The position numbers and the translations under genes are program-made. This document shows, piece by piece, positions 18,357 through 26,560 of a stretch of 64,000 nt of DNA; positions within the stretch are counted from its first letter, which is position 1; each line of letters opens with the position of its first letter. This DNA comes from a virus. The stretch lies in the IMG/VR virus record IMGVR_UViG_3300022391_000001, positions 1 to 64,000 of that record; one strand, given 5' to 3'. The notes beneath the pieces are model-generated. The model ran no database searches. It saw only the letters and a program-made list of their open reading frames with translations, and was not told where the DNA came from.

Positions 18357-19550
18357 TTACACACCTGTGCCGATGTTCCGGACCTTGACGATGGCCGACA
18401 GCTCTTCATACTGCACTGCGACCTTCGCCGTGATGGCGTACTGATTGACGCCCTTGAAGATGTCCCTGTCCTTCTCAATCCGGACATCCCGCCCGATGCC
18501 GACCACAAAGTTGTTCTGATGCGTCAGAATCAACTGCGGATTGGACTGGTAGGTGACCTTGACGGTGTCACCGTCGCCGATGGCGCCGCCGCCCGTGCGG
18601 GCGATGGTCCCCGCCGCCGCATCCAACGTGTAGTCTGTCGTGACGACATACGGGGTTGTCGGAGCCCCGCCCAACGTGTTGGGCGTGACCACTACGTTGG
18701 ACACAGGAGCATTGGCCAAGGCCACTGCCGTGGTACCGTTGAGCACCACGTGCTCGGTCACCGACGGCTGGAAGGGCCACAACGGCACGGGCACCGCCGG
18801 GATGCCGAATGGACCATGGGAAGCTCCGCCTGCCGCCTGGTCACCGAGTGCCGTGGCGCGGGTGGACAGCTTCTCCAAGTAGATCTGCCAGAGGTCGGGC
18901 GACATGAACCACCGGAGCATCGACTTGTTGCGCCGGAATTTCGTGGGCATCGCCCGGATTGCCTGGCTGAAGATGCTCAGGCCGATGTTCTGGCCGGCGG
19001 CGTCAACAACGTTGCCGCCCTCTGACAGCTTCTGCCAACCGTCCTGCAGTGCCAGGTAAGTGTCCTTGACGTAGCCCGTCGATGAGCCACCGTCGATCAG
19101 ATCGCTCTCAAGAGCCGCTGGCCCCAGCTGGTCGCCCAGCACGTACAGCTCTTCAAGATCGTTGGCGGTCTGCGAAGCCATCATCTGGATGATGTGCTCC
19201 TCAACGCTGTCGCCCTCGATGTTGAGCTCACGGAAGTTGTCCCCGATCTCAAAGGGCACCATGATCTCGGAGGGTCGGAGCGTGACCTTGCTCGTGCTCA
19301 CTCCGCGTCGCACGCCGGGGTCCACCGCTTCGGCCTTTGGCACCGCCATTCGAGTCCCGATGCCGATCTTGTCGATCTCCAGGGTCTCATTGCGGAACCG
19401 GATCGTGCGAGCGTTCTGCTTCAGCACCGTCTCATCGATCACAAAGTCGATGAAGCGATCCGATTGGGCTGGGTTCAGCTTGCCTGAAGCTGCCAGAGCG
19501 TCGGCGGTGATGACCGCTTTCTGGACCAGCTCTTCATTCGAGATAGACAT
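18357..19550 (-). CDS. Major capsid protein (HK97 fold) with inserted Ig-like domain
   Basis: GKLNPAQSDRFID, ELNIEG, ANDLEEL..LGD, DGWQK, AMPTKFR, DVRIEKDRD; follows protease and scaffold. Confidence 0.93.
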   Translation of the reverse strand: MSISNEELVQKAVITADALAASGKLNPAQSDRFIDFVIDETVLKQNARTIRFRNETLEIDKIGIGTRMAVPKAEAVDPGVRRGVSTSKVTLRPSEIMVPFEIGDNFRELNIEGDSVEEHIIQMMASQTANDLEELYVLGDQLGPAALESDLIDGGSSTGYVKDTYLALQDGWQKLSEGGNVVDAAGQNIGLSIFSQAIRAMPTKFRRNKSMLRWFMSPDLWQIYLEKLSTRATALGDQAAGGASHGPFGIPAVPVPLWPFQPSVTEHVVLNGTTAVALANAPVSNVVVTPNTLGGAPTTPYVVTTDYTLDAAAGTIARTGGGAIGDGDTVKVTYQSNPQLILTHQNNFVVGIGRDVRIEKDRDIFKGVNQYAITAKVAVQYEELSAIVKVRNIGTGV

Positions 19551-19623
19551 GTCCAATTCTCCTTGTGTCCTAACTCTTGTTGCCTTTTAGCCCAAAGGGC
19601 CTGGCCTAGATTCAGAGCTGTCC

Positions 19624-20562
19624 CTACAGGACGCCTGACCAGAAGCTCTTTTTGACGTTGGTGTCGGTTCCGCCGTCGCCCTCCAAGGACTTGGATGGGC
19701 CGGCGGTCTTCTCGATGACCTCAACGCGCGCCCCAAGACTCTTGGCCACCGTCTGAACTTCATCCAACTTGGTGGTCAGGATCTCCTTGAGTCCTTCAAT
19801 GCTCTTGGTGAGGGCCATCGTCGTGGCCGGTCCATACACGTGGCCGGTCGGCACCGTGGTCTTGGGGCTCTCACCCTGTGGGATGGACTGCATCGACAGC
19901 TCCTTCAGCAGATCCTGAAGCGTCTCCACGGCTGCCTTCAGTGCCTCTTCACGCTTCGGCGTGAATGCCTTGGCCTTCTGGACTCCCATGCTCAACACCT
20001 CCAGGATCTTCTGGACGGATTCATCTGCCGTGTCGTCCATCGACTTCTCTGCTTTCTTGAGCGGCGGCTTGGCCCCGCCACCTGGCTTGAAGGGCATGAA
20101 TGCCTTGTCGAAGCGCTCCATGGCCTTGGTCATCGCTCCGCCCTTGACGCCGCAAGCCTTCAGCTCACTCTCAAACTGCTTGCGCATCTTGGGCCAATCG
20201 CCCTTCTCGGCGTCCATCTTCTCAGCATCTGCCTTCTCGGTGTCCACCTCGGAGGGCTCCGAAGCATTTGCTGCCTTGGCGATGCTTTCGACCAACTGGG
20301 TGACCTGCGCCATGGCCTTTTCCACGGCTTCCGTGCTGGCCACCTCCACGTTGACCTGCTCCGCGCCTTTGGCTGCGGGCTCGTTGGAAACTTGCTCACC
20401 ATCGGGCTGACCCTTGGTGACGTCCTGGATCTCATCGGCCATGTCGCCATCCTCCTGATTCAGTCGCTTGACAACGATGAACTCTTGTTCGTTTGCGGGG
20501 CTGTCCACCAAGGATACTTCCCCCACTTTCAAGTCCACAAATCTCTGCTTCGGTGCGCGCAT
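19624..20562 (-). CDS. Scaffold protein with N-terminal protease strand (EVSLVDSPAN); internal start at 20442
   Basis: N-terminal EVSLVDSPAN, then a helical/acidic body; AGGAGG before the internal ATG 20442; ends FWSGVL. Confidence 0.75.
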   Translation of the reverse strand: MRAPKQRFVDLKVGEVSLVDSPANEQEFIVVKRLNQEDGDMADEIQDVTKGQPDGEQVSNEPAAKGAEQVNVEVASTEAVEKAMAQVTQLVESIAKAANASEPSEVDTEKADAEKMDAEKGDWPKMRKQFESELKACGVKGGAMTKAMERFDKAFMPFKPGGGAKPPLKKAEKSMDDTADESVQKILEVLSMGVQKAKAFTPKREEALKAAVETLQDLLKELSMQSIPQGESPKTTVPTGHVYGPATTMALTKSIEGLKEILTTKLDEVQTVAKSLGARVEVIEKTAGPSKSLEGDGGTDTNVKKSFWSGVL

Positions 20563-20571
20563 CGGTCTTGC

Positions 20572-21282
20572 CTACCTTGGGGCATCATTCGGGGCTGCTA
20601 GCTTGACCACCCGCGCCTTGCCCCCAATGGAGAAACCTTTGATCTGGCCATCCATGACCTGCTTCCAGATCTGGTCTTTCTTGACCCGCACCTTCAGCAC
20701 CCAAGCGCCCTCTTTGACGATCTTGTTGTTGATCGTCAACCCGTGCGGGGCCACAAATGATTGGAGCAGTTCAAAGTCCTGGTTGAACTTCTTGTGCATC
20801 AAGCCCAGCTTGGTCGCCCGGTTGTAGGCGGCCAAAAAATCCTCCGCCGCTTTGCGGATGACCTGGGCATCCATGATGTCGCCCTGAGCATCTGTAACCT
20901 CGGGCTGGAGCACCACGCCGGTGACAGTTTTCTCGGTGGCATCCGCCTTCAGCACAGGCGAATACAGCCGCTTGTCCATCTCAACGGCGTCCTGCTCAGG
21001 CTCGGACTCCGGCTCCAGCTCATCCTCGGGCTCATCCTCGGGCTCGGACTTTGCCACCTTCATCGCCTGCTCAATGACGGCCACCGCCTCAGCGACCTTC
21101 TTGGCCATCATGAAGCGCTGATTCTCGTCATCGTCGCTTGGCTTCGGCTTCACGCCCGAGCCGCCCGGGAGTCCCCGGCGTGGGACCAGCTTGCCGCTGG
21201 CTGCGATGTCGTCGGCGGTGATGGTCTTGGCGACGTGCCGACCCCTCTCAGCGATAGGGTGAGCATTGCGTTTGCGTGTCAC
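20572..21282 (-). CDS. XkdF-like prohead serine protease
   Basis: VTGVVLQPEVTDAQGD, LMH, LLQSFVAP, GAWV, IWKQVMDGQIKGFSIGG. Confidence 0.88.
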   Translation of the reverse strand: MTRKRNAHPIAERGRHVAKTITADDIAASGKLVPRRGLPGGSGVKPKPSDDDENQRFMMAKKVAEAVAVIEQAMKVAKSEPEDEPEDELEPESEPEQDAVEMDKRLYSPVLKADATEKTVTGVVLQPEVTDAQGDIMDAQVIRKAAEDFLAAYNRATKLGLMHKKFNQDFELLQSFVAPHGLTINNKIVKEGAWVLKVRVKKDQIWKQVMDGQIKGFSIGGKARVVKLAAPNDAPR

Positions 21283-21408
21283 GTGTCATCCTCTGGTGTG
21301 GCTGTCCCGATGGACGCTCAACCAATGTAGGTTAGCCGCAACAGAGGAAAACGCCAAGCGACACGTCAACCTTCGCAGAAAGTTCAGAAACAGCTCAAAT
21401 GGTGGAAT

Positions 21409-21663
21409 TCAAGAAACTCTGGCAGTTATGCGGGAGCTGTTGGCAAAGTTGGTCTCAAGCGCTTCCACAAATTTTTTGCCATCCTTGGGGAAGCGCAGGA
21501 CGCCCCCCGGGCCAAAGACACCGTCCTGCTCAATCTGATCTCTGAAGTAGTGAAGCGGAGTCTTCTCGGGCCACGAGCCTACCGCAACGCCGTCCACCAC
21601 CTCATAGGTGGCCAACAGCTGCTCCGCCCCGTCATCTCCGATTGTGTACAGACTCGCCTTCAT
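21409..21663 (-). CDS. Small protein downstream of MuF toxin (candidate immunity 2)
   Basis: 84 aa, MKASLYTIGDDG...DGKKFVEALETNFANSSR. Confidence 0.6.
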   Translation of the reverse strand: MKASLYTIGDDGAEQLLATYEVVDGVAVGSWPEKTPLHYFRDQIEQDGVFGPGGVLRFPKDGKKFVEALETNFANSSRITARVS

Positions 21664-21671
21664 GCTTATCC

Positions 21672-21827
21672 CTATGGCTTCTTGGGCTTGGGCGCTGAAC
21701 GCTTTGGCTTCGGCTCCGGCTGAGGTTTGCCTTGCACGAGCACGGGCTTGCCGTCCGGAGTGTACACACTCCAGTTGGATAGGTCCTGCTCCACAAACCG
21801 CTCGTTTCCTGACTTGAGCTTTGGCAT
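21672..21827 (-). CDS. Small protein downstream of MuF toxin (candidate immunity 1; not in the ORF track)
   Basis: 51 aa MPKLKSGNERFVEQDLSNWSVYTPDGKPVLVQG..., preceded by AGGAGG. Confidence 0.65.
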   Translation of the reverse strand: MPKLKSGNERFVEQDLSNWSVYTPDGKPVLVQGKPQPEPKPKRSAPKPKKP

Positions 21828-21891
21828 CGCGCCCTCCTATTTTCGTATGATCACCTTTGCTTTGTCGATGAAATCCATGCGCGATTGGCAA

Positions 21892-24708
21892 TCAATCGAT
21901 CTCCTCCATGTCCAGCCACACCCTATTTTTATCAAGCTCCTTGGTGACGCCGACAACTCTGAACTTGCTGCCCTTGGCCAAGATCACTTCTTGCTCCGCC
22001 TGAGCAAAGCCGGCTGAATCCTCCACTACGTTTGCGATGTCCACGCCCTTCTTTGTCTTCACTCGCATGACCACATTCATGGTCTTTGGCTTCGCCAAAC
22101 CTCCGGCAAACCCTCGGGCCACCCTCTTGCTCTGCGACCAACTAGCAAGAGCATCTTGTTCAAAGATGTATCCCCTTTGCATCAACTTTTCCACAAATTC
22201 AATGTCGAGCTGGCTGAACCCTCGCCAAACCTCCCCTTCAAATTTGGGCGCTCTCTTCATTGCGGCCACAAGGGCTTTGTGCTTCTCTTGGGCGCCCTTG
22301 GCGACCTTCGCGGCGTCACCTAGCCGATCGAAGTCCCGGATGTCCTCATACCAATCACCTTGCCACGCCCGCAGCGCCGACTTCTCTGAACTGCTCAATC
22401 CCGCTGCCCACTTCTGCTTCTTGTCATCAAACACGCTCGGTGCCGGCTTGGGCGGCGGCTCCGGCGGCGGCACCGGCTTCAGCTCCGGCGGCGGCTTGGG
22501 CGGAGGTGCCGGCTTGGGCTTGGGCGTCGTGGGCTTGGGCGGCACTTTCTTGGGTGACACTTGCGCCACCTTTGGCGGCGTCGGCGCCTTCACCGCCGCT
22601 TTGCTCTTGGCCAGCTTGGCCAACACGTCATCGACTTCGCCCAACGCCGATTTGCTCAGCAACCTAGTTGGAGCCTTGTGGGATGCCTCAATGAAGTTGA
22701 GCACATAGTCGCTCACCCTCTCCACTTTCGAGCCGCCCAGCGAGTGAGTCTGTTGAAAGATGATCTTGGCATTCCCTTGAAGTGCTCGGATCCTGATCAG
22801 AGCGGCCCTTGCGGCTGTTTCTTCAATGCCGTTGGCGTCCAATATGGCCGCCACCCGATTCAAATCCAACCCTTTGACCATAGAGTGCGTGGCGGAGTCC
22901 AATTGGATCAAGTCTTGAAGATTGTGTTCAGCCTTGGCAAACAAGAACCTGCCTGTTGGCTTGAGCGGGAAAGTCAACCCGTTGTCGATGGCGATGAGAT
23001 CTGTTCTCTTGCCCACCGTCTTGTACAGCGCGTTGAGTGTGTGGCGATCGTCATTGGCCGAAATGGCATCCAACAGGAACATCCGCCGCGCCTGAGATTC
23101 TGGGACGTTGGCCAAAGCGTTGCCGATTGTTTTGTTGGCAACCTTGGCTCCGTCCACCCACTTCTGGGCACTTGCCTTGCCGAGCCCGCTCCCGAAGTCG
23201 TGCGACACCGTCGGCGGCGTAAGAGTCTTGCCCCCAAGCTCCCGGTCCAGCTGATAGAACGCCGCCTCACGCTGGTGATAGGTCCCGCCTTTGATGCCGG
23301 TGGACTCCCGGATCAACATCCGCTCGTCATCGGCATACTTCAGGACAACTGTGGTCTTCTTGCCGTCTGGAGCCCGCAGGACAGCCTTGCTCGCTTGGTT
23401 GACACCTTTGCCCAGCTTGGTTGAAGATTCCACGTGCGACGCCAACATCCTTTGGACGATGACGTCATCCGGCGACAACTTGCCCTGAACCGGCGGAGCC
23501 GTGCCCGTCACCGGTGGCTTCGGCGCCGTCGGCGGCATCACCTTTGGCTTCGCGGGCACCGTCGGCGTCGGCGGAGTCATCGGTGTCAGCTGATCATATG
23601 AACCGATCTGCTCATCAACATCCACGTTGCACCGACAACGATAGTGATATGGCGGCAGGCTCATCCCGGCGTCGGCCAGCCCCTTCTCTTGCTTGCCGAT
23701 GGCTCCGCCGCGTTCCGCTCCGGACTTGGGCGCGATCTCCTTGACCTGCTTCAGCGATCTCCATGGGTGCAGTCGCTTGATGTCCTCGGGCTTCTTGGCA
23801 GCTAGCTCTGCGCCCATCTGCTCGGCGCCCCAACGGGTCTCAAACACAGTCCCGTTGAGATGGGCGCAGACGGGACAGATCCGGCTCCCGCCCGGGTTCA
23901 CGATCTTGTATCGGGTGATCCCGATGGACATGAAGCTGCTCATCTGCCCGTGGACGCGCCCGACGGTGGCGGCGTTGGCCACCAGCCCCTCAAAATACTG
24001 GCTGGAAGTGCCCTTGAATCCCGCCGGAGTCTTCACCGTCCCGAGCACAGCCTTCAGCCGCTCGTGCATCAGCTTGCCGGCCACCTTCCGGTCTTTGCCG
24101 GCGGCGATCATCGTGTCTCGGGTGACCTTCCCAATCTCATCGGCGACGTTCTTGGAGTAGTGCGAGCCGATCCAAAATTTCTGGTTCTTTTGGAGGGCTG
24201 CCAGAGCTTCATCGTCCACGACATCAAACGCCGGCAACAACTCCGCCTTCACCGCCGCCTTGGTGACATCCTCCACCGTCGCCAGCTTCGGCACCTTGGT
24301 TCCTGGTGACTCATCCGGCACATCATATCGAAGTTGCCGGGTGATTTGCCGATGTGCCTTCTTATGGCCAAGGATGCGTCCTAGCCTGTAGAACTGCCGC
24401 ATCTCAACCAGGAATATGTCCTCAACATCCTTGGCCCATCCGCCCATGATCTCGTCAACGGCGGATGTGATGTCCTTTGCCGGCTTGAGCTGGGACGCCA
24501 TCTTGGCCGCGATGGTGGCGGCTTGCGCCGCTCGGGCGTCCCATCGAGCTGAGAGCAGGCTCCGCAGGCGCACCTCCGCCCTCGCCATCTGCGACAACTC
24601 CGAGATCCGCAACACCTTGGTGATCATTCGGTCTGATACGCGGAGCCCGAGATACAACTTGCCGGTCCTACGCATGTGAGAGCGCAGGTTGACCACCTCG
24701 TCACTCAC
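21892..24708 (-). CDS. MuF/SPP1 gp7-like minor head protein fused to a HipA/PI3-4K-like kinase and an ADP-ribosyltransferase
   Basis: MuF: RICPVC, PPYHYRCRC. Kinase: VLK, REAAFYQLD, LDAISANDDRH..N, IAIDNG. ART: WRG, ASWS, EQEVIL. Directly after the portal gene. Confidence 0.88.
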   Translation of the reverse strand: MSDEVVNLRSHMRRTGKLYLGLRVSDRMITKVLRISELSQMARAEVRLRSLLSARWDARAAQAATIAAKMASQLKPAKDITSAVDEIMGGWAKDVEDIFLVEMRQFYRLGRILGHKKAHRQITRQLRYDVPDESPGTKVPKLATVEDVTKAAVKAELLPAFDVVDDEALAALQKNQKFWIGSHYSKNVADEIGKVTRDTMIAAGKDRKVAGKLMHERLKAVLGTVKTPAGFKGTSSQYFEGLVANAATVGRVHGQMSSFMSIGITRYKIVNPGGSRICPVCAHLNGTVFETRWGAEQMGAELAAKKPEDIKRLHPWRSLKQVKEIAPKSGAERGGAIGKQEKGLADAGMSLPPYHYRCRCNVDVDEQIGSYDQLTPMTPPTPTVPAKPKVMPPTAPKPPVTGTAPPVQGKLSPDDVIVQRMLASHVESSTKLGKGVNQASKAVLRAPDGKKTTVVLKYADDERMLIRESTGIKGGTYHQREAAFYQLDRELGGKTLTPPTVSHDFGSGLGKASAQKWVDGAKVANKTIGNALANVPESQARRMFLLDAISANDDRHTLNALYKTVGKRTDLIAIDNGLTFPLKPTGRFLFAKAEHNLQDLIQLDSATHSMVKGLDLNRVAAILDANGIEETAARAALIRIRALQGNAKIIFQQTHSLGGSKVERVSDYVLNFIEASHKAPTRLLSKSALGEVDDVLAKLAKSKAAVKAPTPPKVAQVSPKKVPPKPTTPKPKPAPPPKPPPELKPVPPPEPPPKPAPSVFDDKKQKWAAGLSSSEKSALRAWQGDWYEDIRDFDRLGDAAKVAKGAQEKHKALVAAMKRAPKFEGEVWRGFSQLDIEFVEKLMQRGYIFEQDALASWSQSKRVARGFAGGLAKPKTMNVVMRVKTKKGVDIANVVEDSAGFAQAEQEVILAKGSKFRVVGVTKELDKNRVWLDMEEID

Positions 24709-24711
24709 GGG

Positions 24712-26547
24712 TCACTCCTCAATGCCGAGGTCTGGCTCATCCTCGTGTTCGGCCACCGCCGCCGCTTCCCAACGCTTCTCAATCCGCCGGTTCAACTGGA
24801 TGAGGTGGTCCACCAGGTCATCATCCGATTTCTCGATGCCTTGGACCAGCTCCGTGTTGCCGCAATGCGAACACTCCGCTTCAAACACGCCCCCCTCGTC
24901 ATCCTCCGTGAGCGCCTTGAGCGCCGTCACCTGCTGTCCAGGCTCCGATGCATCCGCCTTGTTCTTCACTGCCTCCGCCATCGTTAGGCTGAACGGCACA
25001 TTGGCAGGGAAGTCATCCGGGAAGCCCGGCAGCTCTGCGCTGAGGATGTCCTCCAGCATCTGTCGAGCAATCTCGGGCGTCATCCCGCCGGTCTTCTCGG
25101 CACCCGCCAGGATCTTGACCAGCTGCTGGTTGTCGGTTGTGTTGGGGCTGTTGGATTTGAATTTGTGGTAGATGATCCCCATGTGCGGGAAGATCACCCG
25201 GTTCATCACGGCATCAAATTCATCCCGCTCCGGAGCAAACACCTGCTCATCGGCCAACCGCCGGCTGGACTCCGCCGTCGCTCGGGTGTAGTCATCGGAG
25301 CGGCCAACAAAAATTGGGGGCAAACGGAAGCACCGCCGCACTTGGTCCCGGTTGTTGCCGCTGTAGTTCTGAAACAGCGCGTCCCGGTGTTGATCCTGGG
25401 TGAGCGGCTTGATGTCGACCTTGGTGTGCATCCCGGAGTCTTCACCAGACTCCTCCAGAGTCTCAGCCTCCAGCAGCAGGAATTTGCTGTAATTGTCCGA
25501 GCCCTGAATCTGCGACTCCACAAAGGACTCGATGCGTTGGATCGAGCCCTCCGTGAGCTGGCCGTTGGATACCAGCACGACCATCGACGGGATGTTGTTG
25601 TTGCGGAAAGTGACAAAGTTGATTTCTTCAGCCGCTCTGTCCCCGAAAATGCTCAGCAGGTTGCCGATGTAGCGCGGCAACCCGTATGGGGTCCGAGCTG
25701 AATATTGGGTCAGGTGAATCACCTCGTTGGCTTGCTCTTCAGGCGGCAGGGAGCCTGTGGGATCTTCCAAACCGGTGTTGGCATGATACATCCGAGGGTC
25801 GCCAAATGCCTTGAACCATCGGATCTTGTAGCCACCGAGCGTGGTCAGGTTCCGGAGATGGACTGCTTTGGATTGGGCATACTTCCTGAACCGAGTCCAC
25901 TGCTTGATGGTGGACGCCTTGACACTCCCGTCGATGCGCAGCTCCAAGATGGGCCGATCGATCAGGATTGGTTCAGGGTCCAATCGTCCGAGCCGCATCT
26001 GATAGGACGGGATATGCGTGAACGCCTGGATGCGTCCGGCAGCGTTGCGGATGATCTCGAAATAGCCATTGCCGGTGGCTTCCAAGTCCTTGCGGAGCTT
26101 CCGCCTGAACTCGGTGAAGGACTCCGTGGTGCAGTAGCTGAAGAAGTTTTCCAGCGCCACCCGCTCCGTCCTGACTTTCATCACCAGCTCTTCAGGCGGC
26201 TTTGTCTCGCCGTTGAGCAGCACCCGAGACACATAACGATGGCCGAAACCATCGATGTTGATCTCCATGGCTTCGATGCATTGATTCAATTCAGAGTTGT
26301 GCTCGGGAAGCATCGCCAGGGTCAGCATATCAAACGGCGGCTCAATCGTCATCCCCTTGTGCGATAGCGCATAGAAGGGATCTTCAGGGGTCTTTTGGGA
26401 CATCCCCGGCGCCGCTTTGTCCAATCGCTTGTCGGTCTTCACCTCGATGACCCGAGCCCGGATTTGGCTTAGTGCCTTTTGGTTGGCTTGGGCCCCAGCG
26501 GCGTTGGCGTTGATTTCCAACGGCGTCACTTTGCTCACATCGGCCAC
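24712..26547 (-). CDS. Portal protein (PBSX/HK97-like)
   Basis: DLEATGNGYFEIIR, EVIH, YGLPRY, FRNNNIP, FRLPPIFVG; follows TerL. Confidence 0.92.
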   Translation of the reverse strand: MADVSKVTPLEINANAAGAQANQKALSQIRARVIEVKTDKRLDKAAPGMSQKTPEDPFYALSHKGMTIEPPFDMLTLAMLPEHNSELNQCIEAMEINIDGFGHRYVSRVLLNGETKPPEELVMKVRTERVALENFFSYCTTESFTEFRRKLRKDLEATGNGYFEIIRNAAGRIQAFTHIPSYQMRLGRLDPEPILIDRPILELRIDGSVKASTIKQWTRFRKYAQSKAVHLRNLTTLGGYKIRWFKAFGDPRMYHANTGLEDPTGSLPPEEQANEVIHLTQYSARTPYGLPRYIGNLLSIFGDRAAEEINFVTFRNNNIPSMVVLVSNGQLTEGSIQRIESFVESQIQGSDNYSKFLLLEAETLEESGEDSGMHTKVDIKPLTQDQHRDALFQNYSGNNRDQVRRCFRLPPIFVGRSDDYTRATAESSRRLADEQVFAPERDEFDAVMNRVIFPHMGIIYHKFKSNSPNTTDNQQLVKILAGAEKTGGMTPEIARQMLEDILSAELPGFPDDFPANVPFSLTMAEAVKNKADASEPGQQVTALKALTEDDEGGVFEAECSHCGNTELVQGIEKSDDDLVDHLIQLNRRIEKRWEAAAVAEHEDEPDLGIEE

Positions 26548-26560
26548 AACACGCTCCTAT

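Noticed and set aside
20572-20574. Genome-wide TAG reassignment (genetic code 15)
   Set aside because: Other conserved genes are uninterrupted in the standard code, and several end normally at TAG (e.g. scaffold, ligase, TerL).
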